A DNA stretch of 40,212 nucleotides from an uncultured bacterium (GCA_964400815.1 CAYNWJ010000004.1:1-40212); one strand, 5' to 3'; numbered from the stretch's first letter, positions 8,496-17,575 are shown. A program made the numbers and translations. The notes: a model not told the origin generated them from the letters alone.

Positions 8496-10952
8496 ATGAC
8501 CACTGCCGGGAAACAACACCGCGAAACGGGTGACACACAGCGCTCCCGTCTGCTTCTGACCCATGCGCTCAAGCTCATCAACGCTCCCCTTGTGGTGGAA
8601 GAACGCCTCCAGCTTCTCGCAAAAATCATCGCCGATTATCTCAAGGTGGACGATGTCGTCATTTTCCTCAAGGAGGAGAAAGAGGATGTCCTCGTCATGC
8701 GCACCTCCGTGGGCCTTGGAGCCATGGCGGTGGGAAATGTCAAGATTCCGATCGGGAAGGGTGTGACGGGTCTTGTGGCGAAGAACAAGGAATATATCGC
8801 CACCCGGAACATCAACAAGGACCCGCGCAATTTCTATTCCCTCCTTTCAGAAGATGAAAAATATCCGTCGATTCTCTCCTTTCCCATTCTTCACGGCGAT
8901 GACCTCCTGGGTGTGGTCAACATCAGGAGCAAGGAGGAGCGCGATTTCACCCCCCAGGAAGCACAGGAGCTCAACAATTTCACCGCAGGCATCGCCGGGT
9001 CCATCATAAACGCCCAGACCCACGAGCGTCTCGAATACAAATCTCGGCTTCTCGAGCTCTCCATCACCATCGCCCAGGCGGTCACCTCGACCCTCGACAT
9101 CGACGAAATACTCGAGGACGTGGCATGGGAGATCGGCAACGGTTTCAGCCTGAACGGCGTCATCATCCACCTCATGGACGAAACAGGGGAAATCAAGAAA
9201 TCGGGTTCCTACGGCCTCAAAAAGAGCTTCGTGAACAACTATCCCCTCGATGTGGCAAAAAGCTGCGTCATAACGGGCGAGCCGAAGATACGCCGGCTCG
9301 ACACGGATGAAGGAAGTCTTCAGCCGCACGCCCCCGACACCTGGAACATCTGCCTTCCCCTGATCAGCCGCAACCGCAACCTGGGTGTCATCAGCCTGTT
9401 CGGCATCGATGAAACGAGCGATGACCGCGGCGGCCTGTTCCGCTCCATCGGCGTGGACGTGCTCCTGCACATCGCGGGTCTTGCCGCCCTCGCCATTGAA
9501 AACGCCACCATACATTCCGAACTCAAGCGGCTCGCCGACGAGGAAAAGAAGAAGCTCGACGTCATCGGGCTCATGTATTCCCGTGTATCGGCCGTCTTCG
9601 ATTCCATCTCCGACGGCATCATCGGTGTGGACGAGCATGGTGTCATCCATGATTTCAACGAAGTCGCCGGTACGATGCTGGGGCTTGCGCGGGACACCAA
9701 CTGGTCGAAAAAGATCGACGACATCACCTCATACAAGCCGTCCCTCTCATCGATCATCGCCGAAGGCAAGGAATTGACCAACAGGGTGATCACCTTCCTG
9801 ACCCCGAAGGACAAATTCGCCGCTCTTGTAACCATGCGATCCTATAAGGACTCTTCGGGGGAGCGCCGTGGCAGCGTGGTTTCCTTCCGCCCCATGGAGG
9901 AAACTGTGAAGATGCTCTCACGTTTCTCGTCACAGCGGCCGAAATACACGTTCGAGGACATCATCGGCCATGACACGTCGCTTGCCGAAACAGTCAAGCT
10001 TGCGAAGATCGCCGCGCAAAGCAAGTCAAACATACTCATCGTCGGAGACAGCGGAACGGGTAAAGAACTCTTCAGCCAGTCGATTCACAACGCATCCGAC
10101 GTGGTCGACGGTCCCTTCATTCCCGTAAACTGCGCGGCGATACCCAACGACCTGATCGAGAGCGAACTGTTCGGCTACGACGAAGGGGCGTTCACCGGTG
10201 CGCGCAAGGGCGGCTATATCGGAAAATTCGAACAGGCCACCGGCGGAACCATCTTCCTCGACGAAATCGGTGACATGCCGCTGGACCTCCAGGTGAAGCT
10301 CCTCAGGGTGCTTCAGGAAAAGGTCATCCAGCGCGTCGGGTCCGAACACATCATCCCCATATCGACTCGGGTGATTGCAGCGACGAACCGTGATCTGAAA
10401 AAAGCCATCGCCGAAGGCTCGTTCCGCGAGGAACTGTATTGGCGGCTGAACGTGATCACAATCGAGATTCCACCGCTGCGTGAACGTCGTGTCGATCTGC
10501 CCGCATTCCTGGACCATTTCATCGACCGTTTCGCCCGGGCCAACGACAAGGATGTCAGGGGGATCGATCAGGAAAGTATCAGACGGCTCATCGACTATAC
10601 ATGGAGCGGCAACATCCGCGAGTTGGAAAACGCCGTGGAACACGCGGTTCTCGTCACACAATCCGAAACCATCACGTGGAACGACCTTCCCTCGAACCTG
10701 CGCGAACGGTATGAAGAGGAGCATTCCACGCGCTCGACCGGAAACGTCATCGACAATGCGAAACGAGAACGGGCCGAGTCATCCGCAAAACTCTACCGTG
10801 AAGCACTGTACCAGTGCGGTGGCGATGTTGATGCCGCGGCACACAAGCTCGGAATCAGCCGTGCGACGATGTACCGCCGCATGAAAAAGTACGGTATCAC
10901 GGCTGAAATATCAAAAATCAGGCATGATTTCAAAAATGATACAATCGGCTGA
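8496..10952 (+). CDS. sigma-54-dependent transcriptional activator (GAF-GAF-PAS-AAA+-Fis HTH)
   Basis: 818 aa. Walker A is GDSGTGKE and the sigma-54 contact loop is ESELFGYDEGAFTGA (GAFTGA). Other motifs are RELENAV and the C-terminal HTH LGISRATMYRRMKKYGI. About 500 aa of N-terminal sensor region carries GAF- and PAS-like segments. Confidence 0.92.
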   Translation: MTTAGKQHRETGDTQRSRLLLTHALKLINAPLVVEERLQLLAKIIADYLKVDDVVIFLKEEKEDVLVMRTSVGLGAMAVGNVKIPIGKGVTGLVAKNKEYIATRNINKDPRNFYSLLSEDEKYPSILSFPILHGDDLLGVVNIRSKEERDFTPQEAQELNNFTAGIAGSIINAQTHERLEYKSRLLELSITIAQAVTSTLDIDEILEDVAWEIGNGFSLNGVIIHLMDETGEIKKSGSYGLKKSFVNNYPLDVAKSCVITGEPKIRRLDTDEGSLQPHAPDTWNICLPLISRNRNLGVISLFGIDETSDDRGGLFRSIGVDVLLHIAGLAALAIENATIHSELKRLADEEKKKLDVIGLMYSRVSAVFDSISDGIIGVDEHGVIHDFNEVAGTMLGLARDTNWSKKIDDITSYKPSLSSIIAEGKELTNRVITFLTPKDKFAALVTMRSYKDSSGERRGSVVSFRPMEETVKMLSRFSSQRPKYTFEDIIGHDTSLAETVKLAKIAAQSKSNILIVGDSGTGKELFSQSIHNASDVVDGPFIPVNCAAIPNDLIESELFGYDEGAFTGARKGGYIGKFEQATGGTIFLDEIGDMPLDLQVKLLRVLQEKVIQRVGSEHIIPISTRVIAATNRDLKKAIAEGSFREELYWRLNVITIEIPPLRERRVDLPAFLDHFIDRFARANDKDVRGIDQESIRRLIDYTWSGNIRELENAVEHAVLVTQSETITWNDLPSNLRERYEEEHSTRSTGNVIDNAKRERAESSAKLYREALYQCGGDVDAAAHKLGISRATMYRRMKKYGITAEISKIRHDFKNDTIG

Positions 10953-10979
10953 ACTCCTGCAATTCAATGCTTTCCTTCA

Positions 10980-11006
10980 AGACGGACATTCCGTCTCCTT
11001 TTTTCT
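10980..11006 (+). terminator. intrinsic terminator of the sigma-54 activator gene
   Basis: AGACGG(10980-85)/CCGTCT(10991-96) stem with loop ACATT, followed by CCTTTTTTCTTTCT. Confidence 0.6.
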
Positions 11007-11131
11007 TTCTCAATATTGAGACATATACTCTTTGCATGATCGGCGCCTGGACACGGAAACGTCATAATAATTTTCTGTATATGCTTGTATTTTATTTGTT
11101 TATGGTGTTTTATCCGTGCACATATCATTTT

Positions 11132-11147
11132 TGGCATTCTTATTGCT
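11132..11147 (+). promoter_or_regulatory. sigma-54 (-24/-12) promoter
   Basis: TGGCAT-TCTTA-TTGCT. GG (11133-34) and GC (11145-46) are separated by exactly 10 nt, matching the consensus TGGCAC-N5-TTGCW. Confidence 0.6.
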
Positions 11148-11157
11148 TAATCATATA

Positions 11158-11304
11158 AATGAATTTGACAGTGCCCTCGTGGAGTGCGGGGATAACCCAA
11201 AAAAAATGATCCCATCGACTTGCGCAGGGCACTAAAGAATTTTATTGTACCCCTTTCAAATAGATGAAAACCCCGAAAAACAAATTTTTTCGGGGTTTTT
11301 TTTT
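11158..11304 (+). ncRNA. candidate sigma-54-dependent small RNA (~145 nt)
   Basis: Delimited by the -24/-12 promoter and a strong terminator. Closing helix AGTGCCCT(11170-77)/AGGGCACT(11226-33). No SD-preceded ORF. The next gene is convergent. Confidence 0.45.
11267..11304 (+). terminator. strong intrinsic terminator
   Basis: AAAACCCCGAAAAA-CAAA-TTTTTTCGGGG followed by T9 (11296-11304). The A-tract on the 5' side makes it potentially bidirectional. Confidence 0.75.
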
Positions 11305-11332
11305 ATCCGGGTATCAAGTTAAGTCAGCATTT

Positions 11333-11359
11333 ATTCATTCTCATTCGCGCCATTGAAAA
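11333..11359 (+). repeat. 27-bp direct repeat, copy 1 (inside the MITE-like element)
   Basis: ATTCATTCTCATTCGCGCCATTGAAAA, with 26/27 identical to 11529-11555. Confidence 0.9.
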
Positions 11360-11528
11360 TACCATGTATTGTATAACCCCTCCGTCACTGGCGTGACACC
11401 TCCCCTGACAGGGGAGGCCATGTTCACCAAGCGCAGGAAGCACATGGTCCCCCCTATTTCAGGGGGGATACGGCCGACAGGCCGAGGGGGGTTAAAAAAT
11501 ACTCCGTGCATCACGGCATTCAGCACCA

Positions 11529-11555
11529 ATTCATACTCATTCGCGCCATTGAAAA
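11529..11555 (+). repeat. 27-bp direct repeat, copy 2
   Basis: ATTCATACTCATTCGCGCCATTGAAAA, offset 196 nt from copy 1. Confidence 0.9.
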
Positions 11556-11654
11556 GCTAATAAAGCATGTTTTCCAGTCATTGCTTACGTAACTTGATAC
11601 CCGGATTTTTTATCCCACTTGGAACCATCCTGTTCCGCGTCAATTCGTCAGAAA

Positions 11655-12824
11655 TCACTCCTCTGCATCACGCGGCGGCCTGTTCTTCCAATATGAGGCG
11701 AGAATCGCACCGGTCATGTTGTGCCACGAAGAATAGATCACGCCGGGAGCGGCCGCCAGTTCGCTTTTGAGGACATCGAGGGCCAGCCCCGCGGCCATGC
11801 CGCTGTTCTGGAGTCCCACCTCGATTGAAATGGTCCTGCACTCCCGCTCTCCCAGCCGAAAGAGCCGTGCGCCCCAATAGCCGAGCATGAGCCCGATGAA
11901 ATTGTGGGCTATCACCGAGAGAATGACGCTCGTGGCAATCGATGAGACGAGAAGCTGGTCCCGTGCGTTCGCGGTGAGAAGGGCGCACGCGAAGGCGACC
12001 GCAAACATCGCCACGCCGGGAAGCAGACGCATGATCCATTCCGAGATGCTCTTGAAGACATGGTGAATCCCGCTCATATACGACAGGAACCAGTTGAAGG
12101 CGAGTCCTCCCCCCACCGGAATGATGACCATTTTGAAGATCGAGATCATCATGTTCATGAAATCGATCTCGATATAGGCTCCGGCGAGCCATTTCGTCAT
12201 GGCCGGCGTCATCAGTGGAGCGAGAAGAGTCGAGCATGCGGTCATGGTGACCGACAACGCCAGATTTCCATTGGCGAGGAATGCGATGACATTCGATGCC
12301 ACTCCCCCGGGGCTCGATCCGGTCAGAACGATACCGGCCGCGATCTCAGAATTGTCGGTGAAGGTCATGGCAACCGCCTTGCCGACAAAGGGCATGACAG
12401 TGAACTGGAGCATGATGCCGATGAGAACCGCATGAGGCATGGTGGCGACACGCTTGAAATCCTTGAGGCTCAAGGTGGTGCCCATACCGAACATGACAAA
12501 GCGAATGAGGGGGATGATGAGGACGCTGAGCTTGAAACCATTCCAGGTCCGGAAATAATCCGGATAGAACATGGGCGCCGTAACGAACGCGATCATCCAG
12601 AGGGTGAAACCGGTAACCCTGAGAAGGGTGTGTCTTCGTACGAAAATCGCGAGAAAGACCGGTATGGCGATGGCGAAGGGCCCGACGAGCGAATACCGGC
12701 CCGCGGCCAGAAACACCACCATCATGAACAGGGCGAACCCCGCAAGCGGCAGGAAAATGTCGGTGGGATGCTTTTTCAAAGAATGGATGAGCGGTGATTC
12801 CGGGGGACGGTTCCCTTGTTTCAT
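11655..12824 (-). CDS. bile acid:sodium symporter (BASS) family transporter
   Basis: The ATG at 12824 is preceded by GGGAGA with a 7-nt spacer, whereas the track start at 12839 is TTG. Polytopic membrane protein with a BASS-like GLQNSGMAAGLA segment. Confidence 0.88.
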   Translation of the reverse strand: MKQGNRPPESPLIHSLKKHPTDIFLPLAGFALFMMVVFLAAGRYSLVGPFAIAIPVFLAIFVRRHTLLRVTGFTLWMIAFVTAPMFYPDYFRTWNGFKLSVLIIPLIRFVMFGMGTTLSLKDFKRVATMPHAVLIGIMLQFTVMPFVGKAVAMTFTDNSEIAAGIVLTGSSPGGVASNVIAFLANGNLALSVTMTACSTLLAPLMTPAMTKWLAGAYIEIDFMNMMISIFKMVIIPVGGGLAFNWFLSYMSGIHHVFKSISEWIMRLLPGVAMFAVAFACALLTANARDQLLVSSIATSVILSVIAHNFIGLMLGYWGARLFRLGERECRTISIEVGLQNSGMAAGLALDVLKSELAAAPGVIYSSWHNMTGAILASYWKNRPPRDAEE

Positions 12825-12875
12825 GAAGCATTCTCCCAAGCGTGTTTCGGCGAAGATATCCGCCGTTCGATGTGA

Positions 12876-15077
12876 TTACCGGGAATGGAGCAGCCCGGCG
12901 AGCTCACGAACAAGAGTTGTCTCCGGTGCATTCCGGAGCGTTCGCAGTCCCGATCCGGGACGGTCTGAAAGAGCGGCGTGAAGCTCCGTGATATTTTTCA
13001 CCGCCCCGGCGCCGGCGGGGCTTCCGTCACCGACGACCGGGTCCGCCAAGAGAATTGTTTTCGCCCGTGTCAAAGCCAGAAGGTCGGGCAGATCGTACAC
13101 GAGAAGCGCCGAGGGCACGACTGTCGATCCGATCGAGGCGGCGTACTGCGGTTCCTTCACCATGGATTCCCATGAAAGCGGGCTTTCCACAAGGCCGAGG
13201 CCGGTGATGGTCGGGTCGGCGGCCGCCGCATGAAGAACAGCGGGTCCGGTGATGCCGCGGGCGGCGACGGCGATATTGTCCGCGTCGATGCCGTTCAGCC
13301 CTTTCAGGAAATGAACGGCGGAAAGGACGGCGCCCGCCTGTATGCCGGTTACGCTTCTTCCGATGAGCTGTGCGCCGAAAATGAGGTTGTAACTCACCCC
13401 GTTGATGACGGAATCGTCGCCGCTGGTGTTCGGGCCCAGTTCTCCAATGCCGGGAGGATCGATTGCGAGCACGGCGACACCTTCACCGGCGATGCGCTCG
13501 ATAAGGCCGCCGGGGAGTGCGTCCGCCTTTTTCCCCGCATCGGAAACATACACCAACCCCGGCGCGTTTTCGGCGCCGTCGGGAATGAACAGGAGGGCGG
13601 GAAGGGGGATACCATCGTCGCACTGCAAAACGTACTTCCCGACCGAGCAGCCTTCACGCTGGTATCTTCCGGTGAAAACGGCATCGGGTTTCATGGCCGT
13701 CATTCGCATTCCGGCGATACCGGGAAAATCAGATCCGACCTTCTCGAGATGGGTTTTACCGCGATTCCGCGCGGATTGGAGAGCAGCGAGGACCGGGCGG
13801 GCGTCATCCATGATGATGTCGTGAATGGACCGCGATCCCGACGTGAGCACCTGCCCCGTTTCGGTCACCTGGAGCAGGGCGGGATCGATGGGCGGAATAT
13901 CCTCGTCATCCGTGGGACCCGTGAGGCCGAACGCATCCATGAAAAACCCGTAGACCCGTTCACGGTTCAGTTCCGTTGACTGGTGGGGAGCGTCATCCTC
14001 GATGAGCCGGATATTCCCCCGTGAAAGACGCTGATCGTCGCCGTAACGCATGGCTGTGAACGCTGGTGTCACCGAGCGCACCGTTTCACGCACGCCCTGG
14101 ATGCTGAAAAAATCCCGTGTCGTCGCGGCAACGAGCGTGGGCCGGGGGGCGCGCGCCACGAGAAAATCACCGTGGTCCAGCCCCAGGGCGATCTGTCCGA
14201 GCAGGTTCTGCTCTGCGTCCTGCGGGCCGATCGACTCGAAGAGACGGCGGAAACTGGTGATATAGCATTCGGGAGCGGCGGCGGCGATACGGTCGTCCAT
14301 GGCGCCGAGCTGGGCCGACATGGTGCCTCCTCCCGAACGGCCGTGAACGCCGACCCTGTTCATGTCCACATCGTCACGGGTTTCCAGGTAATCGAGCGCA
14401 CGGATGCAGTCCCAGAGGCGCACCATGGCCATTGTCCTGCCGAGCGGGAGATACTGGACCCCGGCATAGGAATGTTCGCTCGTGGGGCCTCCGATCGAGG
14501 ACTCCCCCGTCCCGGGATCGAAATACAGCCAGCGTTCGCCCTGGCCCACGGGGTCGACCGCGAGAACGGCGATTCCCTTGCGCGCCATATTGAGGATGAC
14601 ATGCTGATAGGTCGGGGACTTGTATCCATCGGAGGTGTGGCCGCAGACATACACGACAACAGGCAGTCTGCCGGTCGAGTCCGCCGGCTTGAAAAAGGAC
14701 GTGGTCACCAGAAATCCCGGCCGCGACTCGAAGAGGATGTTCTCGACGCTGATTCCCTCGTGCTCGAAGGAACCGGTGACACGGGCGTCGAGTGGTGTTC
14801 TTTCGGGAAGGGGACCGAACGCGGTGCGGAGCTTTTCACGCACCACTGCGCGGTATCCGGTCCATTCCTCACCGGTCCTGAAGGATGCCAGCCGCCGGTC
14901 ACGGGCGTCGAGATAGGTCAACGCTTCGTCGGCGATGGCATGATAGAGCGCGTTTTCCGCATTCGCGTATTTCCGCCATTGCACGAAAACATCGAGATTT
15001 TCCTCTTCCTGGGCCGCAGCCGTCAAAGAGAACAGAAGCACCAGGCAGAGACAGGCAAAGAATGTCGCGCGCTTCAT
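12876..15077 (-). CDS. secreted tandem alpha/beta-hydrolase (acetyl-xylan-esterase / dienelactone-hydrolase-like), 733 aa
   Basis: Start moved to the ATG at 15077, which gives the signal peptide MKRATFFACLCLVLLFSLTAAAQ. The track extension overlaps the leuS 3' end and is Gly/Arg-rich. The first domain has the nucleophile elbow HGRSGGG (GxSxG). The second alpha/beta-like domain has ARGITGP instead. Confidence 0.8.
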   Translation of the reverse strand: MKRATFFACLCLVLLFSLTAAAQEEENLDVFVQWRKYANAENALYHAIADEALTYLDARDRRLASFRTGEEWTGYRAVVREKLRTAFGPLPERTPLDARVTGSFEHEGISVENILFESRPGFLVTTSFFKPADSTGRLPVVVYVCGHTSDGYKSPTYQHVILNMARKGIAVLAVDPVGQGERWLYFDPGTGESSIGGPTSEHSYAGVQYLPLGRTMAMVRLWDCIRALDYLETRDDVDMNRVGVHGRSGGGTMSAQLGAMDDRIAAAAPECYITSFRRLFESIGPQDAEQNLLGQIALGLDHGDFLVARAPRPTLVAATTRDFFSIQGVRETVRSVTPAFTAMRYGDDQRLSRGNIRLIEDDAPHQSTELNRERVYGFFMDAFGLTGPTDDEDIPPIDPALLQVTETGQVLTSGSRSIHDIIMDDARPVLAALQSARNRGKTHLEKVGSDFPGIAGMRMTAMKPDAVFTGRYQREGCSVGKYVLQCDDGIPLPALLFIPDGAENAPGLVYVSDAGKKADALPGGLIERIAGEGVAVLAIDPPGIGELGPNTSGDDSVINGVSYNLIFGAQLIGRSVTGIQAGAVLSAVHFLKGLNGIDADNIAVAARGITGPAVLHAAAADPTITGLGLVESPLSWESMVKEPQYAASIGSTVVPSALLVYDLPDLLALTRAKTILLADPVVGDGSPAGAGAVKNITELHAALSDRPGSGLRTLRNAPETTLVRELAGLLHSR

Positions 15078-15139
15078 GGCACACCCCGCTTTTTCTGAAA
15101 TGGCGGCGAACGGGACCATCGGCCGTGGGAAACGCCGAA

Positions 15140-17575
15140 TCAGTTCGCCACGATGTTCACCAGTTTTTTCGGAACGTAGATCGTCTTGCGAATGGTCTTT
15201 CCCTCGGTGAACCGCTTGACATTGTCGTGTGAAAGCGCCATTTCCACCGCCTGTTCCTCGCTGACGCCGGTGGGCGCCTCCATGGTGGCCCGCACCTTGC
15301 CGTTGACCTGCGCCACCAGCTCGAAGGAATCGAACACGATCTTCTCCTCGTCCCACTCCGGCCAGCCGGCCTCGAAAACCCCGGTGTCATGCCCCAGCAT
15401 TTCCCAGAGCTCCTCGGCCAGATGGGGCGCGAACGGCGCGATGAGCCTGACCAGGACCTCGAGCGTGCCCCGATGAACGGTATCCGAACGGCTGATCTCG
15501 TTCAGGAATTCCATCATGAATGCGATGGCCGTGTTGTATTCGAGCTTTTCGAGATGATCGGTGACATCGCGCACCAGCTTGTGCTGCAGCGGCGTGATCG
15601 CGTCGCCGTCACCGGGCATGCCGGGCGCGAGGTTTCCGGGAGTGGCCACGAGGCGATAGATCCTGTCGAAAAAGCGTCGCACGCCCATGATGCCCTTGTC
15701 CTGGAAATCGCCGCCCTGCGTATAGGGGCCGAGAAACATGAGATAGGTACGGAAACAATCGGCGCCGTATTCGTCGATGAATGTATCGGGATTGACCACG
15801 TTTCCCCTGCTCTTCGACATCTTGGCGCCGTCCTTGATGATGAGGCCGTGGGCGCGGAAACGCTTGAACGGCTCCTCGAAGTCGATATGCCCCATGTCGT
15901 GAAGGGCCATGGTGATGAATCGGGTGTAGAGAAGATGCAGAACCGCGTGCTCGTTGCCGCCGATATACATGTCCACCGGCAGCCATTTTTTCGTTCGTTC
16001 CGCGTCGAAGGGCCGGTCGTCGAACTCCGTGGACGGGTAGCGGAAAAAATACCATGCGGAATCGAGGAAATTGTCCATCACATCAGTTTCGCGGCGGGCC
16101 GCTCCTCCGCATTCGGGGCATGTGGTATTCACGAATTCGGCGTTACGGGCGAGCGGCGACGCCCCCGAACCGTCGGGCACGAAATCCTCCATGGCGGGCA
16201 GCTCGACGGGAAGGTCACCGTCGGGCACCGCGACCGGGCCGCATGCGTCGCAGTGGATGACCGGTATGGGCGGCCCCCAGTAACGCTGACGTGAAATGCA
16301 CCAGTCCCTCAGACGGTAATTGACGGCTTTTGTCCCCTTGCCGGTCGAGGCGAACCAGTCTGTCACCGTTTCCACCGCCTCTGTCGAGGGCACGCCGTCG
16401 AACCTGCCGGAATTGATCAGTACGCCCTCGCCGGTATACGCCTCACTCAGTTCGTGCTGTTCACCGTCGGGCGAAATGACCTCGATGATCGGGAGACCGA
16501 AGGCGGTGGCGAACTCGAAATCCCTCGTGTCATGGGCCGGAACCGCCATGATTGCCCCGGTGCCGTAGCCGATGAGCACATAATCCGCGACCCATACCGG
16601 AATGCGTTCGCCATTGGCCGGATTCACGGCACAGGCCCCCGTGAAGACGCCCGTCTTCTTCCCCGCCTCGTCGATGCGCTCCATCTCGCTTTTCGATTCT
16701 GCCTCGGCGACGTATGCCGCCACCGCCTCGCGATGGTCCCCGGTGGTTATTGTTTCCACCAGGGGGTGTTCGGGGGCCAGGACCATATAGGTCGCCCCGA
16801 AAACCGTATCCGGCCGCGTGGTGAAGACACGAATGGCGTCACCGGTTCCCGCGACGGGAAAATCGATCTCCGCGCCGATGCTCCTGCCTATCCAGTTGAG
16901 CTGTGCGGATTTCGTGATGTCCGACCAGTCGATGCCGGCGATATTGTCATGGAGCCGACCAGCATAACGGGTGATGCGGAAAAACCACTGGAGCATCTTC
17001 TTCTGCTCCACGACGGCGCTGCATCGCTCGCATTCACCGCTGATAACCTGTTCCGAGGCAAGCACCGTCTTGCAGGACGGGCACCAGTTGACCGATGCTT
17101 CCTCACGGTATGCGAGGCCTTTTTTGCAAAGCTGTGTGAAAATCCACTGGGTCCATTTGTAATACCGTTTGTCCGTCGTATCGACCTGTCGCGTCCAGTC
17201 ATACATGTTGCCGATGAGCGTGAGCTGATTGTCCCTGAAATTCTCGATGTTCCTGGGCACCAGGTCAGCCGGATGAACACCCTTTTTCAGGGCGAAATTC
17301 TCCGAATGCATCCCGAAAGCATCGAAACCGATCGGCTCGAAGACATCGAAGCCGCGCAATTTCATGAAACGCCCGTAGATATCCGATCCGGTGAAGGCAT
17401 ACACGTTTCCCACATGCAGCCCTTCGGCGGAAGGATAGGGAAACATCATCAGGTTGTAGAACGGCTTTTCTGCGCTGTCGAGATCGACCCGGTGGGACCC
17501 GCGCTCCTCCCATAGATTTCTCCATTTCCGTTCGATCGCACGATGATCGTATCTGATATCTGAATCCCTGCTCAT
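15140..17575 (-). CDS. leuS: leucine--tRNA ligase
   Basis: 811 aa. HIGH-type motif PYPSAEGLHVGNVY, KMSKS motif GAKMSKSRGN and the CP1 editing domain. ATG at 17575 with GAGG 5 nt upstream. Confidence 0.97.
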   Translation of the reverse strand: MSRDSDIRYDHRAIERKWRNLWEERGSHRVDLDSAEKPFYNLMMFPYPSAEGLHVGNVYAFTGSDIYGRFMKLRGFDVFEPIGFDAFGMHSENFALKKGVHPADLVPRNIENFRDNQLTLIGNMYDWTRQVDTTDKRYYKWTQWIFTQLCKKGLAYREEASVNWCPSCKTVLASEQVISGECERCSAVVEQKKMLQWFFRITRYAGRLHDNIAGIDWSDITKSAQLNWIGRSIGAEIDFPVAGTGDAIRVFTTRPDTVFGATYMVLAPEHPLVETITTGDHREAVAAYVAEAESKSEMERIDEAGKKTGVFTGACAVNPANGERIPVWVADYVLIGYGTGAIMAVPAHDTRDFEFATAFGLPIIEVISPDGEQHELSEAYTGEGVLINSGRFDGVPSTEAVETVTDWFASTGKGTKAVNYRLRDWCISRQRYWGPPIPVIHCDACGPVAVPDGDLPVELPAMEDFVPDGSGASPLARNAEFVNTTCPECGGAARRETDVMDNFLDSAWYFFRYPSTEFDDRPFDAERTKKWLPVDMYIGGNEHAVLHLLYTRFITMALHDMGHIDFEEPFKRFRAHGLIIKDGAKMSKSRGNVVNPDTFIDEYGADCFRTYLMFLGPYTQGGDFQDKGIMGVRRFFDRIYRLVATPGNLAPGMPGDGDAITPLQHKLVRDVTDHLEKLEYNTAIAFMMEFLNEISRSDTVHRGTLEVLVRLIAPFAPHLAEELWEMLGHDTGVFEAGWPEWDEEKIVFDSFELVAQVNGKVRATMEAPTGVSEEQAVEMALSHDNVKRFTEGKTIRKTIYVPKKLVNIVAN

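Larger units (their letters stand above)
11305..11606. mobile_element. MITE-like non-autonomous element (302 bp) with perfect 17-bp terminal inverted repeats
   Basis: ATCCGGGTATCAAGTTA (11305-11321) is the exact reverse complement of 11590-11606. T-runs lie on both outer flanks. The interior has no credible ORF and contains a chain of short GC hairpins plus a 27-bp direct repeat. Confidence 0.4.

Noticed and set aside
11159-11356. Tiny ORFs in the candidate sRNA (a 12-codon MNLTVPSWSAGI from 11159, and a 30-codon ORF from the ATG at 11264 running through the terminator)
   Set aside because: Neither has an SD. The second spans the terminator hairpin and enters the MITE-like element. A leaderless peptide from 11159 cannot be excluded, but nothing supports it.
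11333-11555. CRISPR-like direct repeats
   Set aside because: There are only two copies of the 27-bp repeat, separated by 169 bp, which is far longer than a spacer. There are no cas genes. The repeats lie inside the inverted-repeat-bounded element.
11369-11560. 63-aa ORF inside the MITE-like element (and 11341..11529 on the opposite strand)
   Set aside because: They are composed of the hairpin repeats (Pro/Gly runs from the C/G tracts), with no SD. They are an artefact of palindromic sequence.
15078-15356. N-terminal 93-residue extension of the hydrolase ORF as given in the track
   Set aside because: The extension overlaps the leuS coding 3' end and is Gly/Arg-rich. The internal ATG at 15077 yields a textbook signal peptide.
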